Shown here in pieces: positions 8,767-16,543 of a stretch of 64,000 nucleotides of DNA. This DNA is from a virus, in the IMG/VR virus record IMGVR_UViG_3300042380_000637, positions 3,921 to 67,920 of that record, one strand, 5' to 3'. The position numbers were made by a program, and so were the translations under genes. How positions within the stretch are numbered: position 1 is the stretch's first letter; every line of letters begins with the position of its first letter. A model generated the notes under the pieces. That model saw nothing but the letters and a program-made list of their open reading frames with translations, did no database searches and was not told the origin of the DNA.

Positions 8767-8841
8767 TCCGGATGCCGAGAGGCGGGCGTGTTATACGCAG
8801 GGTTCGATTCCCTCATCCGGAGCAATGCGAAATAGTTCGCA
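8767..8841 (+). ncRNA. tRNA-like repeat element, copy 5
   Basis: TCCGGAT/ATCCGGA; GCC-GAGA-GGC GNRA hairpin; AGGG-TTCGATT-CCCT; G-CAA; TGCGAA-ATAG-TTCGCA. Confidence 0.8.
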
Positions 8842-8862
8842 GATTTTTAAACCAATATACAA

Positions 8863-9072
8863 ATGGAAAAATTGTTTGAGTTTCGTGTCAATCCGATTAT
8901 CAAAGGCGAGGTGTATATCGTCAATTACATCGGGCAAATTATCTGTCGTCTATACGAGAACGACTACATCGACCATGACGACCCGAAACAGGCACAGCTG
9001 CTGCAAGCGCAGCGTGTATGTGATGCACTCATTGCTCAACACATCCTTAACACGAACAGCCATGAAGCTTGA
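8863..9072 (+). CDS. hypothetical protein
   Basis: 69-aa ORF after repeat copy 5. Confidence 0.6.
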   Translation: MEKLFEFRVNPIIKGEVYIVNYIGQIICRLYENDYIDHDDPKQAQLLQAQRVCDALIAQHILNTNSHEA

Positions 9073-9310
9073 GTTGGTGAGCGCAGAACTGCAGAGTTGT
9101 AGCAAAAAAATCAGCGTTGAACTTATGCTGTATATTGGCGGAAGGGAGATTGAACTCTCCCTTAACGCCATCTACTACATCGAATATGGCCGCAACTATG
9201 TAGATTGGGAAAGTGTATACACAGACGATGACGAGGCGCTGGATATAGATGAGGTGCAGCAAGCAATTCAGGAATTTTTAGACGATTATATAAACACACA
9301 TTTCGCATGA
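9062..9310 (+). CDS. acidic hypothetical protein
   Basis: starts MKLELV; overlaps both neighbours (ATGA coupling at 9307). Confidence 0.6.
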   Translation: MKLELVSAELQSCSKKISVELMLYIGGREIELSLNAIYYIEYGRNYVDWESVYTDDDEALDIDEVQQAIQEFLDDYINTHFA

Positions 9311-9699
9311 TTAAATGTATTGTTATCGACAGCGCAAAGCGCGAAGTTTATGAGGCCGAAATCAGCGGCAGCAACCATCGGGATATATATCCCCTGCTTG
9401 GCGAGGGCGTAAGCACCTTCGCATGTCCCGTGCAGTTCAACGAGAGCGACACGCTCTTCGTGGATGACGAGGGATTGTATAACACCTTTGAGGGCGGATA
9501 TATAATGACTGATTGGTCGTATCCAATCTGCGGGAATGGAGTTGTTATCGGCAGCGACACCAATGGCAATAGCGCTCCGGTGCAGATATCATTGGACGAG
9601 GTGCGCAAGCAGGTGAGGTGGGTGAGCAAGGCTGTGTGTGAGCAGTGGCGCGACCATGTGTTAGGCACAGGAGCAGGATTCCGTATGTACGAAATATAA
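9307..9699 (+). CDS. DUF3846-like protein
   Basis: TLFVDDEGLY...PICGNGVVIG...G motif. Confidence 0.65.
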   Translation: MIKCIVIDSAKREVYEAEISGSNHRDIYPLLGEGVSTFACPVQFNESDTLFVDDEGLYNTFEGGYIMTDWSYPICGNGVVIGSDTNGNSAPVQISLDEVRKQVRWVSKAVCEQWRDHVLGTGAGFRMYEI

Positions 9700-9707
9700 G
9701 CACTCCA

Positions 9708-9780
9708 TCCGGATGCCGAAAGGCGGGCGCTGTATAAGCGCAGGGTTCGATTCCCTCATCCGGAGCAATGCCATAAGGCA
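9708..9780 (+). ncRNA. tRNA-like repeat element, copy 6
   Basis: TCCGGAT/ATCCGGA; GCC-GAAA-GGC; AGGG-TTCGATT-CCCT; G-CAA; TGCC-ATAA-GGCA. Confidence 0.8.
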
Positions 9781-9804
9781 GATTATTTAAAACAAAGTTT
9801 ATAT

Positions 9805-10317
9805 ATGCACAATTTACATTTCGTAGTGATTCACGGCAAAAGCGGAGCGGATGCTTGCAAAAATGCCGAAAACATGTTGTCCGATTTTGGCAACGAAAAC
9901 AATTGGAGAGAATTCTCCGGCGCTATATCCGAACACGGACAAGTGTATATCAGCGGAGAGGGGCGATTCTCTCCCACACCCGACATGACTATACACGACT
10001 GCAATCTGTGGATACGGCAGGTGCGAACCGAAATCACAGCCTCCTACGGGAACACCGCCTTAGCAAAACTGCAGAGCGGAAATACGGATGTAACAGACCA
10101 AAGCAAGTGGAGCAAGCACGATTTATGGCTTCTCAAACGCCTTGCAGAACACTTATACGAAATTCATGGCGGAGTAAAGACAGAAGACTTCGATGTGCTT
10201 CAGCATGGCTTTTACGATTGGCAATTTGACCAAGAAGGCGTAACGCACTGCGATGATTATGCTTGTGGCGAAGAGGGCGAGTGCAGGTGGGTGGTGTTTG
10301 TAGACATGCACAGCTAA
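9805..10317 (+). CDS. hypothetical phage protein
   Basis: 170-aa ORF between repeat copies 6 and 7; ends VVFVDMHS. Confidence 0.75.
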   Translation: MHNLHFVVIHGKSGADACKNAENMLSDFGNENNWREFSGAISEHGQVYISGEGRFSPTPDMTIHDCNLWIRQVRTEITASYGNTALAKLQSGNTDVTDQSKWSKHDLWLLKRLAEHLYEIHGGVKTEDFDVLQHGFYDWQFDQEGVTHCDDYACGEEGECRWVVFVDMHS

Positions 10318-10333
10318 TCGTGTAACACGAACA

Positions 10334-10415
10334 TCCGGAGCGAGGCGTATACAGCCTGTGTGTGTGCTGTATAGCGGGTTCGAATCCCGCCTCCGGAACA
10401 ATGCCAATATCGGCA
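10334..10415 (+). ncRNA. tRNA-like repeat element, copy 7 (nearly identical to copy 2)
   Basis: TCCGGAG/CTCCGGA; GCGGG-TTCGAAT-CCCGC; A-CAA; TGCC-AATATC-GGCA. Confidence 0.8.
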
Positions 10416-10435
10416 GATTACTTAATATCATCTAT

Positions 10436-10690
10436 ATGAAAAACGAAAAGGAATTATCCGAACACTGGAACGGCAAAGCCGCCACACTTGTTGGCAAAAC
10501 CATTGCAAGCGCAAGGTATATGACGCAGGACGAGGCAGATGCATTTGGGTGGAGCAAGCGGGCGCTGTTTATTAAGTTTACCGATGGCTCATACATCATA
10601 CCCACAAGAGATGACGAGGGGAATGATGGCGGCTCTATACAAGGCCACAATGGCAAGAATAATTTAAACATGTCTTTTCCAACACTTTAA
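10436..10690 (+). CDS. hypothetical phage protein
   Basis: LVGKTIASARYM...FTDG...RDDEGNDGG. Confidence 0.7.
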   Translation: MKNEKELSEHWNGKAATLVGKTIASARYMTQDEADAFGWSKRALFIKFTDGSYIIPTRDDEGNDGGSIQGHNGKNNLNMSFPTL

Positions 10691-10701
10691 ATCATATACA
10701 A

Positions 10702-10878
10702 ATGACTGCTGAAAATTTAAAAGCACTTATGGAATTAATCACTATCCGCGAAAACCTCGTGGTGCTACAAAATAATCTTGCACCGGATGGCGGAATGGTG
10801 GAGGAGAACACACCGGATGCACACCTGTGGGATGCGATTATACATGTGCAAAGGGCAATCATGGCATTGAAATCCTAA
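10702..10878 (+). CDS. small hypothetical protein (58 aa, not in ORF track)
   Basis: hand-translated MTAENLKALMELITIRENL...IMALKS with an AT-rich leader. Confidence 0.55.
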   Translation: MTAENLKALMELITIRENLVVLQNNLAPDGGMVEENTPDAHLWDAIIHVQRAIMALKS

Positions 10879-11059
10879 ATTATACACATAGATTATGGTA
10901 GGGGGCAGATTTTTTCTTCGCAAAAAAATTTGCTCCCTTTCCTGTTTGCGCATTATTGATTTTCGGCAAACCATTTTATTTTTGGGATGAACAAATATTT
11001 TTTTTTGATTATTGGTTTTTATTTCGGACATTTACGATTCACACTTTAACATTTATTTT

Positions 11060-11419
11060 ATGGAAAAACAAGATGAGTTTACTTATGGGATAGCTTACTA
11101 TCCAACGACATTGGCTGATATTAAGTTCTCGTATAGCGGGAAGGAGATTAAATCCAAGCTGGAATTGTATACGCTCTTACTTACTCTTCGTGCAGAGGTG
11201 AGCGGGTATTTCATTGGAACGATAATCAAAAACGAAGGCCATTTGGTTGAAATTTTTGAAGTGGTGGTGGAAGTGGGTGATGATGCTAAGCCGGAGTGGT
11301 GGCAGCACTCGTTGTTGCGCATATCCAAAGATGTATACAATGGCATGAGCGAACAGGACAGAACTAAATGGCTTCACGACTGCCAAGCAAAAAAGTTTAT
11401 TGGGGATATACAGGGCTAA
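11060..11419 (+). CDS. hypothetical protein
   Basis: starts MEKQDEF; stop 7 nt before repeat copy 8. Confidence 0.65.
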   Translation: MEKQDEFTYGIAYYPTTLADIKFSYSGKEIKSKLELYTLLLTLRAEVSGYFIGTIIKNEGHLVEIFEVVVEVGDDAKPEWWQHSLLRISKDVYNGMSEQDRTKWLHDCQAKKFIGDIQG

Positions 11420-11426
11420 GCCCGCA

Positions 11427-11510
11427 TCCGGAATGCATGGCTGTGTCAGATACGCTAAATGCGTATTTGAGAGGGTTCGATTCCCTCTTCCGGAGCAATG
11501 CCATATGGCA
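11427..11510 (+). ncRNA. tRNA-like repeat element, copy 8
   Basis: TCCGGAA/TTCCGGA; TCAGATACGC-TAAAT-GCGTATTTGA stem; GAGGG-TTCGATT-CCCTC; G-CAA; TGCCATATGGCA. Confidence 0.8.
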
Positions 11511-11531
11511 GATTATTTAAACAATTCTTAT

Positions 11532-11717
11532 ATGCTAAAACTCAAATGGGGAGAAATCCCGCTCGGTTCAATGGTGTTTCTTCCGGATGGCAAGCCGCAG
11601 ATGGTGATTGCCCGCAGCAAAAAATCTATAAGCGTACTCGACATGTACGACAACAAGCTTGTGCGCCACAGGCACAGCAGCATCGCCAGTGTATCATTTA
11701 AACGCGAAGACATATGA
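11532..11717 (+). CDS. hypothetical protein (small beta-barrel-like)
   Basis: starts MLKLKWGEIP after repeat copy 8; coupled to the next ORF. Confidence 0.55.
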   Translation: MLKLKWGEIPLGSMVFLPDGKPQMVIARSKKSISVLDMYDNKLVRHRHSSIASVSFKREDI

Positions 11718-11992
11718 TGAACGAGACAGTGCGCACACATACACGCCTTGCCCGTAAGTGTATATATAAAATGCTCAATGACATGCTACCTGATGTTGGC
11801 ACGGACAACAACAAACTTGACGAAGCAGAATCCCTGTTACAGGATGCTGTTCTGTATACCAAACAGGCAGATTTGCTTGCGCAGAAATACTACATAGATG
11901 TGCGAGACATGAGCGCATGGATTGTAACACACTACGGACATGTCGAACTGCGCAAGTTGATGCGGATGTATAACGAATATAGAAACCAATAA
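11714..11992 (+). CDS. hypothetical protein
   Basis: ATGA overlap with the previous ORF. Confidence 0.65.
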   Translation: MMNETVRTHTRLARKCIYKMLNDMLPDVGTDNNKLDEAESLLQDAVLYTKQADLLAQKYYIDVRDMSAWIVTHYGHVELRKLMRMYNEYRNQ

Positions 11993-11993
11993 C

Positions 11994-12248
11994 ATGGAGA
12001 CACAAATTATTATTAGCCCTAATGATAGCATGAAGCACATCAAGAGGATGAGCGTGCATTCGCGTGGAAGGTGGTGGTATGCCATGCCCGATAACCCAAA
12101 TAAGCTGTTGCCCATCAAGCGCCGTGGGCGCTATTGGGAATACTCGGTTCCATCCATATCCGGAATCGAACTGCAACGCGAGGACTTTCTGTATAACGCT
12201 CTCGTAGACATTCACCTATGTAAGGCCACTATCTACAACACCAAATGA
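11994..12248 (+). CDS. hypothetical protein
   Basis: tightly packed ORF in the operon. Confidence 0.6.
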   Translation: METQIIISPNDSMKHIKRMSVHSRGRWWYAMPDNPNKLLPIKRRGRYWEYSVPSISGIELQREDFLYNALVDIHLCKATIYNTK

Positions 12249-12451
12249 GCATGTATACAACAGACAATGTAAGCATCGGAGATGTTGTGCATTTTAGAAT
12301 TCTAATTGCCTACCGCCCGCACCGGAGCAAGAGTATAGTGTACGGATATGAGCGGACAGGCAGAGGGGTTCTCGTATCTTGCAATGGTGTGCGCAAGTCG
12401 TTCTTCTTGCGTTGGGAAGAAATCACCCGTGTATCCCCCGCAATCAAATGA
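12245..12451 (+). CDS. hypothetical protein (SH3-like pattern)
   Basis: SIGDVVHF...; ATGA coupling on both sides. Confidence 0.55.
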   Translation: MSMYTTDNVSIGDVVHFRILIAYRPHRSKSIVYGYERTGRGVLVSCNGVRKSFFLRWEEITRVSPAIK

Positions 12452-12588
12452 AGTTGTATATATTTCTGTTGCTTTTTCTGGTGTTTATTTTCTGGGGCAA
12501 CACATATGCAATAGTGTGGGTGTGCGGAATCAGCGTATTCATTCCAATCAAGTATGCAAAAGACTTTATTGACAAAAGATTAGGCTGA
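12448..12588 (+). CDS. small membrane protein
   Basis: very hydrophobic 46-aa ORF; ATGA overlap. Confidence 0.5.
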   Translation: MKLYIFLLLFLVFIFWGNTYAIVWVCGISVFIPIKYAKDFIDKRLG

Positions 12589-12662
12589 TTTACATACAGA
12601 TAGGTGATGCCATTTTCTTGTAAAAAGCATCACCTATAATTTATTCACCTATATTTACATAA

Positions 12663-12908
12663 ATGTTTACTACTATGCTAAAATTTTACAGAATCGTATC
12701 TATTGCATCTGCCGTGATTGCCACGATTGGATATGGCGTTTTACTTTACCTGCATGGCACAAACAACATGCTTTTGCGTGAGCCTGTATGGGAGGGCAGC
12801 GGAATAGATGTCCATATTTCTTTAATGGCAGGAGGCTTTGTGTGGGTGTTAGTGTGTGCGTTTACGCATAGCCTCTACCTGTACGAAAAAAGTATGCGTT
12901 GTTATTGA
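12663..12908 (+). CDS. two-TM membrane protein
   Basis: two hydrophobic helices. Confidence 0.55.
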   Translation: MFTTMLKFYRIVSIASAVIATIGYGVLLYLHGTNNMLLREPVWEGSGIDVHISLMAGGFVWVLVCAFTHSLYLYEKSMRCY

Positions 12909-12928
12909 CAGGTGTATTAAACAAAAAC

Positions 12929-12960
12929 AAGACGGGCGGCATATGGCTGCCCGTTTTTGT
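12929..12960. terminator. intrinsic terminator between convergent gene blocks
   Basis: GACGGGCGGC-ATATG-GCTGCCCGTT stem, T-tract downstream and A-rich tract upstream. Confidence 0.7.
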
Positions 12961-12967
12961 TTATACG

Positions 12968-13366
12968 CTATTTAATGTGGGCATCCCCCCACACAATGTC
13001 TTTTAGCTGGGGCGGTGTATATAAATTACTTTTCAGCACCTTCCCGTCCTCCCGATATACGGGCTTGCCATCTTCATCAAGCTTGCTCATGTTGCTGCGA
13101 TGCACTTCTGCAAAGACATCTACCAGTTTGTCTCCCAGTCCCCATTCGTGAGCCGTTCCGAATAGGATGTATAGGCAATCAGCAATTGCGTCTGCTACGC
13201 CCACAACATCTCCTGCTACGCTTGCGGCCATCAGCTCGTTTACTTCCTCCTGCAGGAGTGAATGGCGCAGCACCATGCGTTCTGTGGATATGTGTTTGAT
13301 TGTGGTGTTTACGGGATGCCCGAAGGCTCGGTGGAACTCTGCCACCTGTTTGATTTGCGTTTCCAT
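12968..13366 (-). CDS. MazG-like/PRA-PH nucleotide pyrophosphohydrolase
   Basis: VAEFHRAFG, LLQEEVNEL, VADAIADCLY, EVHRSNMSK, REDGKVLK motifs. Confidence 0.9.
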   Translation of the reverse strand: METQIKQVAEFHRAFGHPVNTTIKHISTERMVLRHSLLQEEVNELMAASVAGDVVGVADAIADCLYILFGTAHEWGLGDKLVDVFAEVHRSNMSKLDEDGKPVYREDGKVLKSNLYTPPQLKDIVWGDAHIK

Positions 13367-13746
13367 TATTCTTCTCGTTGTTTCTTGGTTACACGGGCGT
13401 GGCACTCTTTGCACAGCACCTCCAAAAGATTTATATCTTCCACAAAAAGCTTTTCGCAAAACGCCGGGAGGTCTGTATACGATTTCAGTGTCCCGGCGGG
13501 TATAATATGGTTTACCTCTACAGACTTGAGCGAAAACCATTGCGTGCAATGCTTGCACATGTAGCGTGTAGCTTTAACGCCATTGACGATTGTTCGTTTG
13601 CTTACAGCTTCCAGAGCCATCTTTTTCGGTTTCCAGAATCGGGTCATGCGCCTAAGCACACCGCGTATATTGCCCATGTGTTTGGCTTGTGTTTCTGTTC
13701 CTCCGTTCCGCGTGCGCTCTTTCAGGGTTCTTTTTTTTACTGCCAT
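13366..13746 (-). CDS. HNH endonuclease
   Basis: CKHC...EVNHIIP...NLLEVLCKECH. Confidence 0.8.
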   Translation of the reverse strand: MAVKKRTLKERTRNGGTETQAKHMGNIRGVLRRMTRFWKPKKMALEAVSKRTIVNGVKATRYMCKHCTQWFSLKSVEVNHIIPAGTLKSYTDLPAFCEKLFVEDINLLEVLCKECHARVTKKQREE

Positions 13747-14135
13747 TCGCCCAATATCTCATTTGGAAGCGGCAAGTATACACTAAATTCAGCCAAAGCC
13801 CAAGTTCGTATACTTTCCAAATACACTTCCATCTCAGCGGTGCTAAGCTTAGTTGTACTCTGAGCGAACATTTCCATTTCTCCCGTGTGAGGATTGGCCT
13901 TTGTATAAGCCAAAAACTTCTTGCGCAGGAGTTCGTGCATCTCGTCTTTGAAATACCCAAACTCGCTGGCAAGAATAGGGACGATAACGCCCCAATAATA
14001 TTTATTCTGTGCTTGACTGCGGGTTTGCTTTACACGCTCAAAGGATAGCGTGTGCTTTCCTCGCATCTGCTTGAGCAAATCAAATAGCTTGCGCTTGTCT
14101 GATTCCTCGTCAAAGTCTATTGTAATAAAAGCCAT
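13737..14135 (-). CDS. NinB/Orf-like recombination mediator
   Basis: RSQAQNKYYWG and STTKLSTAEM...YLESI motifs. Confidence 0.75.
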   Translation of the reverse strand: MAFITIDFDEESDKRKLFDLLKQMRGKHTLSFERVKQTRSQAQNKYYWGVIVPILASEFGYFKDEMHELLRKKFLAYTKANPHTGEMEMFAQSTTKLSTAEMEVYLESIRTWALAEFSVYLPLPNEILGEWQ

Positions 14136-14287
14136 GCAATCAGTCCCAATACCAGACATATGGTCGTATACGCAGCCAATCTCCACCTGCGCTCATCCGT
14201 TTCGGTTGTCAATACCCCCCAAAACGCAACTACACCAAGCATAAGAATAGTATATTTTACCAGCATCTCGCACATAAGCCCTATATA

Positions 14288-14524
14288 TTATTCGCCCCAC
14301 TTCTCCCAGATAGCCATTGTGCGTATGTTTTCTATACACTGTTGGGCAATCTCCTTGTCGGCATCGTCTATTTCACTGACAGTGTTGTTCTCAAATGCTT
14401 GCACCACCATGTTGCAAACTTTGATAGAGTTAAACTTCCCATGTTTCAGCAGATATTCCGCTATACGATTGATGATTATTGCCTCCGGCGTACTGGGCGT
14501 AATCAGTTCTTTTTTATTTTCCAT
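14288..14524 (-). CDS. hypothetical protein
   Basis: ATG follows a TACATTTG box (14547-14554, minus strand). Confidence 0.6.
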   Translation of the reverse strand: MENKKELITPSTPEAIIINRIAEYLLKHGKFNSIKVCNMVVQAFENNTVSEIDDADKEIAQQCIENIRTMAIWEKWGE

Positions 14525-14629
14525 GTGTTTAAAAATTGTTGTTTGGCAAATGTACGATAGTTTTGATAAATTAAAGAATCCATACGATGAATTTGTGCAA
14601 TTAATAGACAAGCCTCCTGTCCCCTTTTT

Positions 14630-16543
14630 TTAGAAGGGAACCTCGTCATCGTTGGCCGGGAGAGGGGTGTGAACAACTTCTTCATGTTTTGTATAATTTT
14701 TTTCAGGACTTTTCCATATAGCCCATTGCATTCGGGCGGCCACCGCTTCCGCCATCGGGTCGCGATTGTTTTCAAATATATACCTCCGCGTGGGAAGGTC
14801 GTATCTAAACTCGCTATAACCAAGCTTGCCCACCACCTTCTGCTTCTTAATCTTCTTTGCGTGAAACTCACACACGGGACTGTTCATGTCGCTCCGGTTA
14901 AACGGACGGTGATATATGAGGATGTTGTGGCACTTGTTGTTCCACATCGCGCCACCAGCAAGGTCAAAGACATCCGGACAGGGATAGTCATCACCCACTT
15001 TCTTCAACCCTCGCGGGTGTGAGACGATAATCATAAAAACCTCGTTCTGCAGGGCGAAGCGGGAAAACTCCGCAAGCTGCACCTCCAGATACTTGTCATC
15101 ACGCCCGCCAAAAAGTTCGTAGTTGTTGGTGAGCTGATTCCACGGGTCAATAATACAGCCATCCACACGCTTCTTGATGATAAGTTCCAGAAACCGTTCC
15201 CGTATATACTCCGGCGTAGGGGCGCTCTTCTCTGGATGGATGAAAATGAAATGCTTATTCACCCACTCGCGCACAAGCATGTATAGCCCCAGTGTTGGGC
15301 GGGGTTTGTCAGGGAATATGGGATTGTATACGCAGTCGGCTCCAAGTATAATTTCTATAAGGTCGTTATAGAATTCCTCTGCCGGGTTGTCCTCCGGGGC
15401 GAAGATGGCGAACTTGCGTTTGTGCAGAACGGCATGCATTAACAGCATCCACTTGTTGATTTGGCTTTTGCCCATGTTCCCTATACCAGACAATAGCGTA
15501 AGTTCTCCGCGCTTCATCTTGTAATGGTTGTCTATCTCGCGCACGCCTATTTTTTCAAGCTGCTCATATCCGTTTTGGTATAGGCCAGCAATGCTATCCT
15601 GAACATCGTCTGCAAATATCACATCTGCGGGACGAATGCTCTCATCGTATATATCCTGCGGGGTTTCCAATTTCACCTCCTCCAAGCTCTTCTTCTCAAC
15701 GAGAACATCCTTGTCGAATGTCGCGCTCCCGCTCTTGCTCGCATTGGCTCTATACGCGGAAGCAATCACAATCTTGCACTCGCGCTTAGTGAAATCGCTC
15801 TGACCGCTAATGAAGTTGCTGTCGCAATGATAGAAGCAGTTTTCCTCTGATATACCAAATCGGCAACACGCACTGGCAAGACGAAACAGGAAGTTGTTTC
15901 GCTCTCCGGAAGCAAATGATTTGCCCTTGTTTGTGAGCCATGTCAGCAGCCTCTTGAATGTATCATCTCCATCCACAATCTCCCGATTCACCTCCTGCTT
16001 TGTTACAAGCACATCCGTAAACGCGACATGTGATTCGTTGATGATGATGTCTGCGTCCCATGATTCAAAACACACACGCGATTGGTTCACGCTGCTTGTA
16101 TCCCACTTTCCATATGCCCCCTCAAAGTATTGTGATAGGGCGGCAAAGTGTTCTCTGTGCCTTTCGGGAGCGGCAATCTTCACCAAGAATTTAAGACCGT
16201 TCCCGCGAGGACTAATCCACACAGCGTATACATACGACAGGGATGCTATCTGCTGCTTCATCTCCAACAAGTTCTCTGCTGGGATGTCGTCTATATCACA
16301 GCAGATATATCCACTGTGCTGTATAAGCTTGTTGTCAAATCGCTCCTCAAATGTGCCGCTGAAACAGATTGAGGGCAGGGATTTCTTTAACTGGTCTACG
16401 GCATGTGCATCTGATGTACTTCGTATAGCGAGAATCTTCTCCCGGCTCTTGCCATCCCGTATCCGGGAGAGCGCTGCGCCTATGTGGATGTGATGCCCAT
16501 TGCGCTTTTCGTAGATGTCTTTGTATGCAGTAACTTTAGTCAT
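14630..16543 (-). CDS. primase-helicase (BT4734/VirE-N-like AEP domain, PriCT-like, SF4 DnaB/Twinkle-like helicase)
   Basis: KKSLPSICFSGTF, CCDID, WISPRGNGLK, GERNNFLFRLA, Walker A GIGNMGKS, IIDPWN, VSHPR. Confidence 0.9.
   Translation of the reverse strand: MTKVTAYKDIYEKRNGHHIHIGAALSRIRDGKSREKILAIRSTSDAHAVDQLKKSLPSICFSGTFEERFDNKLIQHSGYICCDIDDIPAENLLEMKQQIASLSYVYAVWISPRGNGLKFLVKIAAPERHREHFAALSQYFEGAYGKWDTSSVNQSRVCFESWDADIIINESHVAFTDVLVTKQEVNREIVDGDDTFKRLLTWLTNKGKSFASGERNNFLFRLASACCRFGISEENCFYHCDSNFISGQSDFTKRECKIVIASAYRANASKSGSATFDKDVLVEKKSLEEVKLETPQDIYDESIRPADVIFADDVQDSIAGLYQNGYEQLEKIGVREIDNHYKMKRGELTLLSGIGNMGKSQINKWMLLMHAVLHKRKFAIFAPEDNPAEEFYNDLIEIILGADCVYNPIFPDKPRPTLGLYMLVREWVNKHFIFIHPEKSAPTPEYIRERFLELIIKKRVDGCIIDPWNQLTNNYELFGGRDDKYLEVQLAEFSRFALQNEVFMIIVSHPRGLKKVGDDYPCPDVFDLAGGAMWNNKCHNILIYHRPFNRSDMNSPVCEFHAKKIKKQKVVGKLGYSEFRYDLPTRRYIFENNRDPMAEAVAARMQWAIWKSPEKNYTKHEEVVHTPLPANDDEVPF

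Noticed and set aside
6115-11510. Repeats as genuine tRNA genes
   Set aside because: Only 51-69 nt, no canonical D-stem, and the middle stem-loop varies in length with no 7-nt anticodon loop.
6115-11510. Repeats as a CRISPR array
   Set aside because: Intervals are 0.5-1.0 kb and contain whole genes; repeats vary in sequence while keeping structure; no cas genes seen.
6115-11510. Repeats as intrinsic terminators or promoters
   Set aside because: No U-tract follows the stems and no TAnnTTTG box is conserved across copies; recognisable promoters are at 3996 and 7785.
12600-12637. Inverted repeat ATAGGTGATGC/GCATCACCTAT as a ninth tRNA-like element
   Set aside because: Lacks the TCCGGA stem and the T-loop; probably an ordinary hairpin or operator.
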